Source: Nemertoderma westbladi (Eukaryota; Animalia; Xenacoelomorpha). Taken from it: 50,244 nt of DNA. A program made the translations under genes and the position numbers. The stretch lies in the NCBI GenBank assembly GCA_032718475.1, contig JAUCBJ010002821.1:1-50244 (forward strand), written 5' to 3'. The notes beneath the pieces are model-generated. The model was not told the origin of the DNA. It made no database searches and saw only the letters and a list, made by a program, of their open reading frames with translations. This document shows, one piece after another, positions 38,475 through 49,047 of the stretch (its first letter is position 1; each line of letters opens with the position of its first letter).

Positions 38475-39895
38475 TAATTAACGTAAATCCGCATTTTACA
38501 CCCCTTCCCGGATCCAGTAACACTTTGTAATTAACCTGAATCAATCTGCGTTTTACACCCCTTCCCGGATCTAGTAACACTTGGTAAATAAATTGAATCC
38601 GCGTTTTACACCCCTTCCCGGATCCATTAAAACTTGGTAATTAACGAAAATCCGTGTTTTACACTCCATTCCGGATCCAACAAAACTTGGTATTTAACGA
38701 AAATCCGTGTTTTACACTCCATTCCGGATCCAACAAAACTTGGTAATTAACGAAAATCCGTGTTTTACACTCCTTTCCGGATCCAACAAAACTTGGTAAT
38801 TAACGAAAATCCGTGTTTTACACTCCATTCCGGATCCAACAAAACTTGGTAATTAACGAAAATCCGTGTTTTACACTCCTTTTCGGATCCAACAAAACTT
38901 GGTAATTAACGAAAATCCGCGTTTTACACTCCATTCCGGATCCAACAAAATTTGGTAATTAACGAAAATCCGTGTTTTACACTCCATTCCGGATCCAACA
39001 AAACTTGGTAATTAACGAAAATCCGTGTTTTACACTCCTTTCCGGATCCAACAAAACTTGGTAATTAACGAAAATCCGCGTTTTACACTCCATTCCGGAT
39101 CCAACAAAATTTGGTAATTAACGAAAATCCGTGTTTTACACTCCATTCCGGATCCAACAAAACTTGATAATTAACGAAAATCCGTGTTTTACACTCCATT
39201 CCGGATCCAACAAAACTTGGTAATTAACGAAAATCCGTGTTTTACACTCCTTTCCGGATCCAACAAAACTTGGTAATTAACGAAAATCCGTGTTTTACAC
39301 TCCATTCCGGATCCAACAAAACTTGGTAATTAACGAAAATCCGTGTTTTACACTCCTTTCCGGATCCAACAAAACTTGGTAATTAACGAAAATCCGCGTT
39401 TTACACTCCATTCCGGATCCAACAAAATTTGGTAATTAACGAAAATCCGTGTTTTACACTCCATTCCGGATCCAACAAAACTTGGTAATTAACGAAAATC
39501 CGTGTTTTACACTCCTTTCCGGATCCAACAAAACTTGGTAATTAACGAAAATCCGCGTTTTACACTCCATTCCGGATCCAACAAAATTTGGTAATTAACG
39601 AAAATCCGTGTTTTACAATCCATTCCGGATCCAACAAAACTTGGTAATTAACGAAAATCCGTGTTTTACACTCCTTTCCGGATCCAACAAAACTTGGTAA
39701 TTAACGAAAATCCGCGTTTTACACTCCATTCCGGATCCAACAAAATTTGGTAATTAACGAAAATCCGTGTTTTACACTCCATTCCGGATCCAACAAAACT
39801 TGATAATTAACGAAAATCCGTGTTTTACACTCCATTCCGGATCCATTAAAACTTGGTAATTAACGTAAATCCGTATTTTACACTCCATTCCGGAT
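38475..39895 (-). repeat. 53-bp tandem array, right arm of MULE (inverted, about 26 copies)
   Basis: Reverse complement of the left-arm unit with arm-specific substitutions and a partial 3-unit periodicity. Confidence 0.93.
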
Positions 39896-41711
39896 TCACA
39901 AAATATATGAATCCGCGTTTTACACTGCAATACGGATTGCGTATTTCAGAATCCGCATATTACACTCAGTTACGGATTGTATGTAAATCCGGATCCGCCT
40001 TTTACACTCGCAAATCCGGGTCCTGATCCGTATCCGGATCCTGAATCCGGATCCGGATCCGCGTTTTACACCTACCCCATCAATAAGAAGTTATCATTTC
40101 TTTGTCCACCTTCTTTCTCCAGTTACACTATTGTTATCCATATTCGCGGCCAGTTACCAGAACCCTTAGATGTCCCCGTTTAACCCCTCAGTCGCCGCGC
40201 ACTCCATCCCTATGTCACGGAAGGGTTGGATTAGGCGTTTCTGTTTTGGAGTCCTAACCCCCCGTAGACACATAATTGAAGACCGGAGAAGAGCGAAGTT
40301 CAACCGGGTTCTTATAAGGGGCACAGTCTTTGAATAGGGAGAGTTTCTCTTTTCGGATATTATAAGTGCGATCCGGTTTATGATGGCATGCGCACTTCGG
40401 CTGGCTCCACCCGTCGTCGCCATGACGAAGGGCACGAATCCGGCGTGCTCGATCGAGTTCACTCGCTCCTCGTACTTTCTCCGCTTGTCGCCTTCGTGTT
40501 TTCTGTATGCGGAGGGAATGGAACGAGGGTTCGACGCGCATAGAGGGTTGAAAATCTTCACGTCGACGTAAATCCTTTCGAAACGACCTCCCCATAATCC
40601 ACTGGCGGCGACATCGAGACGGGCGTCCGGTTCGCGGGTGGTGCCGGCCAACCGGAACTCCTCGCCTTCCACAGGTTGTAGGGTGGGCTCTACCTCAACA
40701 TCGTGAGCTGCCTCGTTGAGGAGTTCGGCCAGGTAGTCCCTAATCTCATTGTGTCTTATGGTAGGGTAACCACCTGTCGGGCAATGGAGACAGTGTGAGA
40801 TGTCGAATGGAATCCCGCAGACACAGTGGGAAGGCAACCTGTCTGGCAGCCACCCATATCGCAAACACAGACTATCCCGGAAGGCTGTTTTATGTAGGGA
40901 AAATCCGTATTTTTGAATAGGGATGGCTGACAGCCATGCTGAGGCCCCCTTCTCGCAAGAAAGTGTACGGAGGTACTTCGACTCGTAGGACAGCTGATCG
41001 TGAACTGTTTCACACTTGATCTTTCTAAGTTCTGCCCTCTCCTTCATTATTTCAGTGACGATTGGTCTCTGAGATTGCCGGTAACTTTCAGCTTCGACCC
41101 TCAAAGGTTCACAGATCCTACGTGAATGTTCATAGCTGTGTCTTAAGTCGCCAGGTTGGTTTATGGCCATACCGCCCTCTTTCACTGGGAGGGCGAGTAG
41201 CTCCCTCTCTGTGTGCCCTGGTGGGGACCGGCCTGTTAGTGAGGGAATCAAAGAGTCCACGATATATTGCTCTACACTGTCTAACTTTGCGGTGAATTCC
41301 GGGGTTGTCCGGGACAAGTAGTTAAATTTAGGCTGTAGACCGTAGATAAGACAACTATATGCGGGGTGTGGGGCCGTAACAGCAAACTCCTTCAACCTGG
41401 TCAGCTGGTCTATGAGTTGTTCAACGCGTTCTGTGAGGAACGTTTCGCATGCCCGGGGAGAACCTATCACCGAACCCAATACCCTGTAGCCATCGGTCAG
41501 TTGGACCCCAGTCCCAGCGAATATATCCTCAGCTATGGCCCGATGTTCGTCTTTAACTATAAGGACAGACTTTTTGGCATTGGGGAAATACCCATACCCT
41601 GGGCCAATCATATTTACCTTCTCCCAGTAGGCTCTTAAACGGCGGAGGCGACCCGCTACATTTCCATCATCTGCAAACCATTTTTGTGTGATTGAAGGCT
41701 CGCTAGGGTGG

Positions 41712-43150
41712 TTCGCAGGCCCGTCGGCTGAAGGAGGAGACGGACCCGCCACAGACCCGTCGGCTTGAGGAGGAGACAGACCCACCACAGACCCGTCGGC
41801 TGGAGGAAGGGACAGACCCACCACGGACCCGTCGGCTGGAGGGGGAGATAGACCCACCACAGACCCGTCGGCTGGAGGAGGAGACAGACCCACCACAGAC
41901 CCGTCGGGTGGAGGAGGAGACAGACCCACCACAGACCCGTCGGCAGGAGGAAGGGACAGACCCACCACGGACCCGTCGGCTGGAGGAGGAGACAGACCCA
42001 CCACAGACCCGTCGGCTGGAGGAAGGGACAGACCCACCACGGACCCGTCGGCTGAAGGAGGAGACAGACCCGCCACAGGCCCGTCGGCCGGACGAAGGGA
42101 CAGACCCCCCACGGACCCGTCGGCTGGGGGATGAGACAGACCCATCACAGACCCGCCGGCTGGAGGAAGGGACAGACCCACCACAGGCCCGTCGGCTGGA
42201 GGTAGGGACAGACCCACCACGGACCCGTCGGCTGGAGGAGGAGCCAGACCCACCACAGACCCGTCGGCTGGAGGAGGAGACAGACCCACCACAGACCCGT
42301 CGGGTGGAGGAGGAGACAGACCCACCACAGACCCGTCGGGAGGAGGAGGAGACTGACCCACCACAGACCCGTCGGGTGGAGGAGGAGACTGACCCACCAC
42401 AGACCCGTCGGGTGGAGGAGGAGACAGACCCACCACAGACCCGTCGGGTGGAGGAGACTGACCCACCGCAGACCCGTCGGCTGGAGGAGGAGACAGACCC
42501 ACCACAGACCCGTCGGGAGGAGGAGACGGACCCGCCACAAACCCGTCGGGAGGAGGAGACAGACCCACCACAGACCCGTCGGGTGGAGGAGGAGACGGAC
42601 CCACCACAGACCCGTCGGGAGGAGGAGACAGACTCACCTTAGACCCGTCAGGAGGGGAAAGACCTAAACCAGACCCATCGGCCACCTTAGACCCGTCGGG
42701 TGGAGACAGACCCACCACAGACCCGTCGGGTGGAGGAGGAGACGGACCCACCACAGACCCGCCGGGAGGAGGAGACAGACCCTCCATAGACCCGTCAGGA
42801 CGGGACAGACCTAACACAGACTCGTCAGCCACCTTAGACCCGTCGGGAGGAGACAGACCCACCACAGACCCGTCGGGAGGAGACAGACCCACCACGGACC
42901 CGTCGGGAGGAGACTGACCCACCACAGACCCGTCGGGAGGAGACAGACCTACCACAGACCCGTCGGGAGGAGACAGACCCGCCACAGACCCGTCGGGGGG
43001 AGACAGACCCACCACAGACCCGTCGGGAGGAGACAGACCCACCACAGACCCGTCGGGGGGAGACAGACCCACCACAGACCCGTCGGGAGGAGACGGACCC
43101 ACCACAGACCCGTCGGGAGGAGACAGACCCACCACAGACCCGTCGGGAAG
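41712..43150 (-). repeat. In-frame coding minisatellite (30/33/36-bp units; DGSVVGLSPP[P][A]) inside the RT domain
   Basis: About 40-45 units with the frame preserved throughout, between QGDP and FADD motifs. Confidence 0.95.
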
Positions 43151-44509
43151 AGCCGTACCACTTGTAGGATCTGGTTCAATCGCCAGAAGTCCCAGCTTCC
43201 TTATCATTGGTAGGGTTCCCACTCCATACATCGCCAGACCGATAGGATCCCCTTGTGTGGAGCCCTCCTTGGACCACATAACCTCGTTGTCGACAAATAA
43301 CGGGGTTGGTTCCCGGTATGTATTTGTAAGGATCACGGATAGTATGGGACATATGTGGTGCGCGTTTAGCAGGGTTAACTTTCTATTTAGGGCGTTAAAT
43401 GCGTTTGAGGCGTCCATCAGTAGTATTCCTTCACATTCCGGGGATTCATATTTCTCCCGTAAGGAGTGTATAGCGTGTTCGGTACCTCCCATCTGTCCCA
43501 CACATAACTGAGTATTACCGGCTATCCTCTCGAGGTCAACCTTAGCATAACTCATTATCGCTTTACCTATTATTCGCCGGAGCACTTCACCCACGCCGAT
43601 GGGCCGAACACCAGGTGATTTATCGATCGGTACGAGTCTGCAGGCGTTAAACGCGATCGCACTCCGGGGATCGATATACTCGGTAGCGAGTCTCCTCGCC
43701 ACTACCGCCACGGCGTTTCTTAAATCGTTTGATGTGTTGCCGAAGGCTGTCAGTATCCGCCGCCAACCATCGGCATCCAGGCCCGGGTGATCCATGGGTA
43801 TGTAGCGCCGCAGAAAGGATGGCCTCGCCCTTTATCCCTTCAAGGACTACAGGGTGGAAGATTAGGGATTCCGCCCATGTGTCTTCGATTAGTGAAGGAT
43901 CGACTGGACCTGCAGGAGGATGTTTCTCCCGTAATATCTCTTTGACGGTTTTATCCCCGACCATTTCATTTAATCCCATAGGCGAACCGCCTTTACCATT
44001 TAGCTAAAACGTCCATAGCCGCTGCAATTCTGCCGGTATTCATCCTGGACACAAAATCTCGGCGTGGTTTATCAGCATCAGTTCGAGGAACGGGTTTAGT
44101 TCTTCGGACCTGGATCGCTCTCCCTTCCTCAACTAGAGCTGAAATGTCGCCGGTTTCCCATAGTTCAAGTCTCCTCCTAAGGGTTTGGCTAATACTGGCA
44201 GAAGCCCCATAGCCTTCTGAAGGTTTGACGGCGGCCTGCAACAGAAGTTTCGGGGCCACCATAACGGCTAACAAAGCCACACCTTCCATGTTGGACTTTT
44301 CGCCAAACGCTTTCAGGAGTTTTGTTATCATGCATATGTATTGACGACCGACTTGAGTACGAGGAACCTCAAACAAGTTGGCTCCCCAGTGAACCACTTC
44401 GTCGTATGCAGTTTGTAGGCGACGTTCAAATGTTACCCCAGGGATCCCATTCCAGTTAAACTCCAGGCTAGCGGGATGAAAACTGGGTAGTTCAGTACCA
44501 GGCAGTTCG

Positions 44510-45020
44510 ACGGGCGCTCTGGGCGAACCAGCGCCGACGACAGGCGCTCCGGGCGAACCGGCGCCGACGACAGGCGCTCCGGGCGAACCGGCGCCAACGA
44601 CTGGCGCTCTGGGCGAACCGGCGCCAACGGCAGGCGCTCCGGGCGAACCGGCGCCAACGACTGGCGCTCTGGGCGAACCGGCGCCAACGGCAGGCGCTCC
44701 GGGCGAACCGGCGCCAACGACAGGCGCTCCGCGCGAACCGGCGCCAACGACAGGCGCTCCGGGCGAACCGGCGCCAACGACAGGCGCTCCGGGCGAACCG
44801 GCGCCAACGACAGGCGCTCCGGGCGAACTGGCGCCAACGGCAGGCGCTCCGGGCGAACCGGCGCCAACGACAGGCGCTCCGGGCGGACCGGCGCCAACGA
44901 CAGGCGCTCCGGGCGAACCGGCGCCTACGGCAGGCGCTCCGGGCGAACCGGCGCCCACGACAGGCGCTCCGGGCGAACCGGCGCCCACGACAGGCGCTCC
45001 GGGCGGACCGGCGCCCGCGA
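44510..45020 (-). repeat. In-frame 30-bp GC-rich coding repeat (GAPVVGAGSP) x ~17 in the CRE N-terminal linker
   Basis: Unit CAGGCGCTCCGGGCGAACCGGCGCCAACGA on the + strand. Confidence 0.95.
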
Positions 45021-45438
45021 CAGATGCCCCAGAAGTGGTGGCGTCTGCTGTCGGTGTTGGGACCACCAGCTGGGGCCAACTGGCCGCAGGAAGCGAGTCT
45101 CCATCTTCTGGGACTAGGGTCCCATCCAGATCCTGTAAAGTCTCATCCAAATCTGAGGGTAGGCCTTGGGTATCAGTGTCTGCTGTTGGTTGAGATGAGG
45201 ATAGGGATACCGCGGCTGGAGCCGGATTTGGGTCAGGAAGTGGTTGTGACGATCCTCGGAGCGTCGAGAACTGAGTTCCCGTATTATTGCAATTCCCACT
45301 TTTTATAGGTCCACAATTGGTACAGTGTCGTCCATATCCGACGCACTTACATTTCACACAACGTCCGGATCTGGCATTACATCCACAACAAACCACCACT
45401 GAACCGCCATTATTAGGCATACTGCAGTAAAAGTTCAT

Positions 45439-45546
45439 GTTATAGTTACTGTACGTGGTTGTAGTTACTGTACGTGGTTGTAGTTAGTGTACGTGGTTGT
45501 AGTTACTGTACGTGGTTGTAGTTACTGTACGTGATTGTAGTTACTG
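45439..45546. repeat. Distal remainder of the 19-bp satellite (about 5.5 copies)
   Basis: Same unit; shares rare variants TAGTTAGTGT and GTGATTGTAG with ~35745-35836. Confidence 0.93.
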
Positions 45547-47099
45547 CACTGTACCAGAGCAGCAATGATGACAGGTTTCGGATGAATTATACTGGAGTGT
45601 CATAATGAAAAAAGTACCAACCAAAGTATTTTGTGAGTAATACTGTAGTAATGACAAAAATCCCATGCTCCAAAAAATCTGACATTATGATTTATTTCGG
45701 GTTGTCATGGGGAATAGGGACTTGTTGCTGCAACACAATTTTATCGATAAGCCGGCATAGCATCCCAATGTGCTGCGATGCAGCATGCCGATAAACAATG
45801 TAATAATATTTAAAATAAAATGAATATATTAAGCGCCAGGAGTTTGTTTTGATGTACAGAATTAGTTGTCAATTCGCGGTAGTATATCGGAAACGTAGTA
45901 CTATAATAATATAAAGGTGAGAATGAGAAACATCTGGCTACAGAACCCAGAATGATAAAATTCAAAGAGAGTGAAATACATCACTAGTTTATTTTTATTA
46001 ATACCAATTATAAAATGTTATTATTTTTTAGCACAAGAAACCTTTAATAATTTAAATTGAGTCATTAATTGGCACTAAAGCTATAATATTAACCAGGAAA
46101 CATTTAAAACGATCAATCAATTAAACCTGGAAAACATATTTCCAACAATATCCTAATCATTTTAGCAGATTTTACATGATAAGTAACATAATATAAGATA
46201 TTTTAAAAGTATTGATATAAAGTGTCAGTTAATGTGATAGGAAACTATATAAATATGAGATAATTAAAAAAATACCACCAAAATAAACCATATATATTTA
46301 ACCTGATATACTGTACACATATAAATTGCTGGGGGTTGACCTATCATAACCCGCATTCTAACTTTCTAACTAAAATGCCCACATGGATATGTTACCATAC
46401 CAACCAACCAAACACTTTAATTCGTAAAGTGCGAACGTTTGTCGGAGGGAACCAAGTATATATAATTGCACTGTATATATTAATAATAATAAACTAATAA
46501 CTACATCACTGCGAGAAATGTAGCACTTTACATAACATCCGACAAGTGGTTTTGTCATTGGGGTCGGGAAATGTCAAATGTTAAACAGGATGACCCCACT
46601 CTATAGAGTTGAATCAGTCATGTTTAAATTACTTAAACATTAACGTTAATATCTTAATATATTTTTTGAACTTGTAGGCCTATACTATTTATACAATTAA
46701 TTTTACTGAAAACTCAGAAATATGGTTACTGTTACTCCTTTCTAGGTGTAATAAAATTGTAATATAACACGGCAAAACTAAATAGAAAAAAAATTATTTT
46801 TCGAAAAAATATGTAAATATTTTAACGCAAAAACTCAATTAAAACAATTATACGAAGTTGACTAGAGATAGATGTGTGGAAGTGTTTGAAGTTTGGAATA
46901 AAATCACCGACATATAACGTAAAATAAAATACGAAAAAAATAACTGTGATGTTTAACTTTGTTTTACTGTGTTGATAAGATCCTGGGGCGTTTAAATTTA
47001 TAAATTACCAATTGGGAGGCGTAATATTATTAAATGCCGGGGCGTTAATTCGGGGGGGGGGGGGGGGGGGGGGCTATTATTCGTATTACTTGTGTAAAC

Positions 47100-48967
47100 G
47101 TGAACACTAAGCCGACAACCGACAACTACAAGCATTAAACGCTAATTATTATTAACACGTTAGCTGCGGTTTGAGCACCGGTGAACATGACCTGTGTAAC
47201 CCTGTAGTGCGGAGCTATTTTGGCTTGGTTATCCCTTAGTGCGGAGGCTATAAGTTGAGCACCGGTGCTCAAATACAACAGCTGTTGTCATATTCGGTAT
47301 CTGTGATAATAAAACTCATACATGTTTTTTTTGGGGTTTGTGCACCGGTGCACAATCCGCACTACACAAGTGCCAGTGCGGATTGAGCGCCGGTGCTCAA
47401 TATTTCCACTGATATAAATATGGCGGGATTTTTAAAATGCTTTAGAATTAGCTTTGATTTTATTTAATTTAGATTTGATTTAGTTCATTGTTAGTTAAGG
47501 AATAACTGGTAACAGTTTACTTTTCATGTGTTAATATATATTGTATGACCAAATGTGCTGTAACAATATCAATGTTATCTTACATTGTTGGGTCAATAAG
47601 CTTAAAAGTGGCCAATGGTTTGTCCGGAAGTTACGATATAATTTTAAATGCTTTAATTTATTCGTATGTAATAAAGTTAAATATTATTTTGTAGCTAATT
47701 TATTTGCGCAGCTTACGCACAAAAAATTATCAAAATCCGTAAAGGCAGTCAAAAGATATGCCCCATCAAAGACTGAAATATCGTGAAAATCAGTTGTCCC
47801 TTACGTGACTCGACCACAAACAACTGTAAATTTTATCACCCCAAGTGGCAAATATATAGGAAACCTATATTGTTGGGAAGCTTAGATGTTTTGCTTTCTT
47901 TTCCGATATATTTCAGCCCATAATATTCATGTTGAACCATTTGAGATCGATACATAAAATGGGCATGGATTTTTCAATTTTTTGTGTCACATCTGTAACA
48001 TTTACGTCTAGAATCTGAAGTAGTAACTTTGGGTTTTCAGTTTTGATATATTTAGAATCTACAGGGTTTCTAACATATATAGGCCAAATATCACATACAA
48101 AGGACAAGGTCATCTCATTTGGGAAGCATTTATGTTTAACAAAGTCAATGTAGAAAGCATAAACGTCCATATCTGTAACGCTACAAATGTGGCCATAGAT
48201 TTTGATAATATTAATCTCATACAAGTATAATGGTACGTGTGGAAAGGCAATTTGAATTTATGCCGCATTAACCCAAAAGTTAATGTGATAAATAAACACC
48301 TAGGATGTATGGCGGTGGTAAGCGATTTGTCATCCATCTGTAACGCGTCACCGTTACAGTGCAGTGCGTTACAGATAAGGCATGTCTCATCTGTAACGCA
48401 TTATATAGCCAGTTATCGATGCGTTACAGACTGTAGGTTTTCAGTCCTATCTATATGACAGTCATATCTGTAACGGAGTGTCTCCTGAAATACAATAAGG
48501 CATCACTGACAATATTTGAATGCCTACGCGTTTGATACGTTCTTCGTCTTCCTACTGACATCCTAACTGCTCATGGTAAATTTCTAAATGTTTATAAAAC
48601 ACAAATGATTGATGGGGGGGGGGGGGGGGTGGCGTTGGCGTCGTTAAACTCTAGACATTATCTACTACGCCCACACACAGACACCTTTTGAGCACCGGTG
48701 CCAAAAGTATCCTCACAAAATGCAATTAACAAAAAGTATATTGTTGTTCACCGGCGCGCAGTAAGAAAGAACCAGTAGTTTCTAAGCCGCAGCTAACGTG
48801 TCATATAAAGGAAGGGATGATAGCCTTACAGTTGAAGATTATTCTAACCAATAACAATAAACAGTGACAAGAGAACAGGTTACAGTGTCACATTATTGTT
48901 GTTCGGCAGTATTTGTCGGCTGTCGGTTGTCGGCTGTCGGCTGTCGGATTTCGGCGTAGCGTTCACA
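47100..48967. mobile_element. Degenerate TIR element with CCGACA subterminal repeats
   Basis: Left GTGAACACTAAGCCGACAACCGACAAC versus right GTCGGTTGTCGGCTGTCGG..CGGCGTAGCGTTCAC; TSD not evident. Confidence 0.5.
47155..48801. mobile_element. Nested non-autonomous DNA transposon with 15-bp perfect TIR
   Basis: ACACGTTAGCTGCGG (47155-47169) / CCGCAGCTAACGTGT (48787-48801); palindromic GCACCGGTG(C) subterminal motifs clustered at both ends; superfamily undetermined. Confidence 0.65.
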
Positions 48968-49047
48968 CCCAACTTCTACAACTATTTCCGACTCTACATT
49001 ACAGAAACAAAGAAAGTTTTGAGCCACGAAACATTATGGAATAAATC

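Larger units (their letters stand above)
36026..40077. mobile_element. Mutator-like (MULE)/foldback non-autonomous transposon, 4052 bp
   Basis: 9-bp TSD CATCAATAA (36017-36025, 40078-40086); termini GGGTCAGACTAAAACGCGGATCCGGATC / GATCCGGATCCGCGTTTTACACCTACCC; ~1.6-kb inverted arms built of tandem repeats. Confidence 0.85.
35876..45438 (-). mobile_element. CRE-clade non-LTR retrotransposon, near full length (~5.5 kb without the nested element), inserted in the 19-bp satellite
   Basis: 14-bp TSD GTTATAGTTACTGT at 35862-35875 and 45439-45452 (the TTATAG variant was not seen elsewhere in the array); AATAAA about 20 nt before the 3' end; RT-RLE ORF at 40166-45438. Confidence 0.88.
40166..45438 (-). 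pseudogene. CRE retrotransposon polyprotein: Cys-rich N-terminus, RT, CCHC zinc knuckle, restriction-like endonuclease; two frameshifts
   Basis: N-term CCGCNARSGRCVKCKCVGYGRHCTNC..CNN; LREKHP; GLDADGWRR; DKSPGVRPIGVGEVLRRIIGK; LMDASNAFN; EGSTQGDP; WFADD; GYFPNAKKS; LGSVIG; LPVKEGGM; CVCG..HCLHC..RHNEIRD; RLDV..YVDVK..KRRKY..FVPFVMATTGG. Frameshifts near 44000 and 43780 join ORFs 43993-45438, 43647-43979 and 40166-43795. Confidence 0.93.

Noticed and set aside
41712-43150. Intein as an explanation for the RT insert
   Set aside because: No Hint-domain motifs or His-Asn/nucleophile junction; purely low-complexity sequence.
41908-43179. Alternative-frame and antisense ORFs over the RT insert (EEETDPPQTRR; PTGLWWVCLL)
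   Set aside because: Shadow frames of a 3n repeat; only the frame continuous with the RT motifs is supported.
43780-44005. Programmed frameshifting or a two-ORF structure in the CRE element
   Set aside because: No slippery heptamer. The break near 43780 removes part of the expected GPSGLD motif, consistent with a small microhomology deletion, so these are likely inactivating mutations or sequencing errors.
44433-45079. ORFs with APVRPERLSL and RRRFARSAC repeats
   Set aside because: Shadow frames of the 30-bp repeat in the CRE N-terminus.
35745-45546. A ~95-bp giant TSD suggested by shared rare satellite variants on both flanks
   Set aside because: The shared block does not abut the element on the left; it is a local higher-order duplication. 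The true TSD is 14 bp.
45550-47090. Short ORF and poly-G tract in the AT-rich spacer
   Set aside because: No coding signature or recognisable structure.
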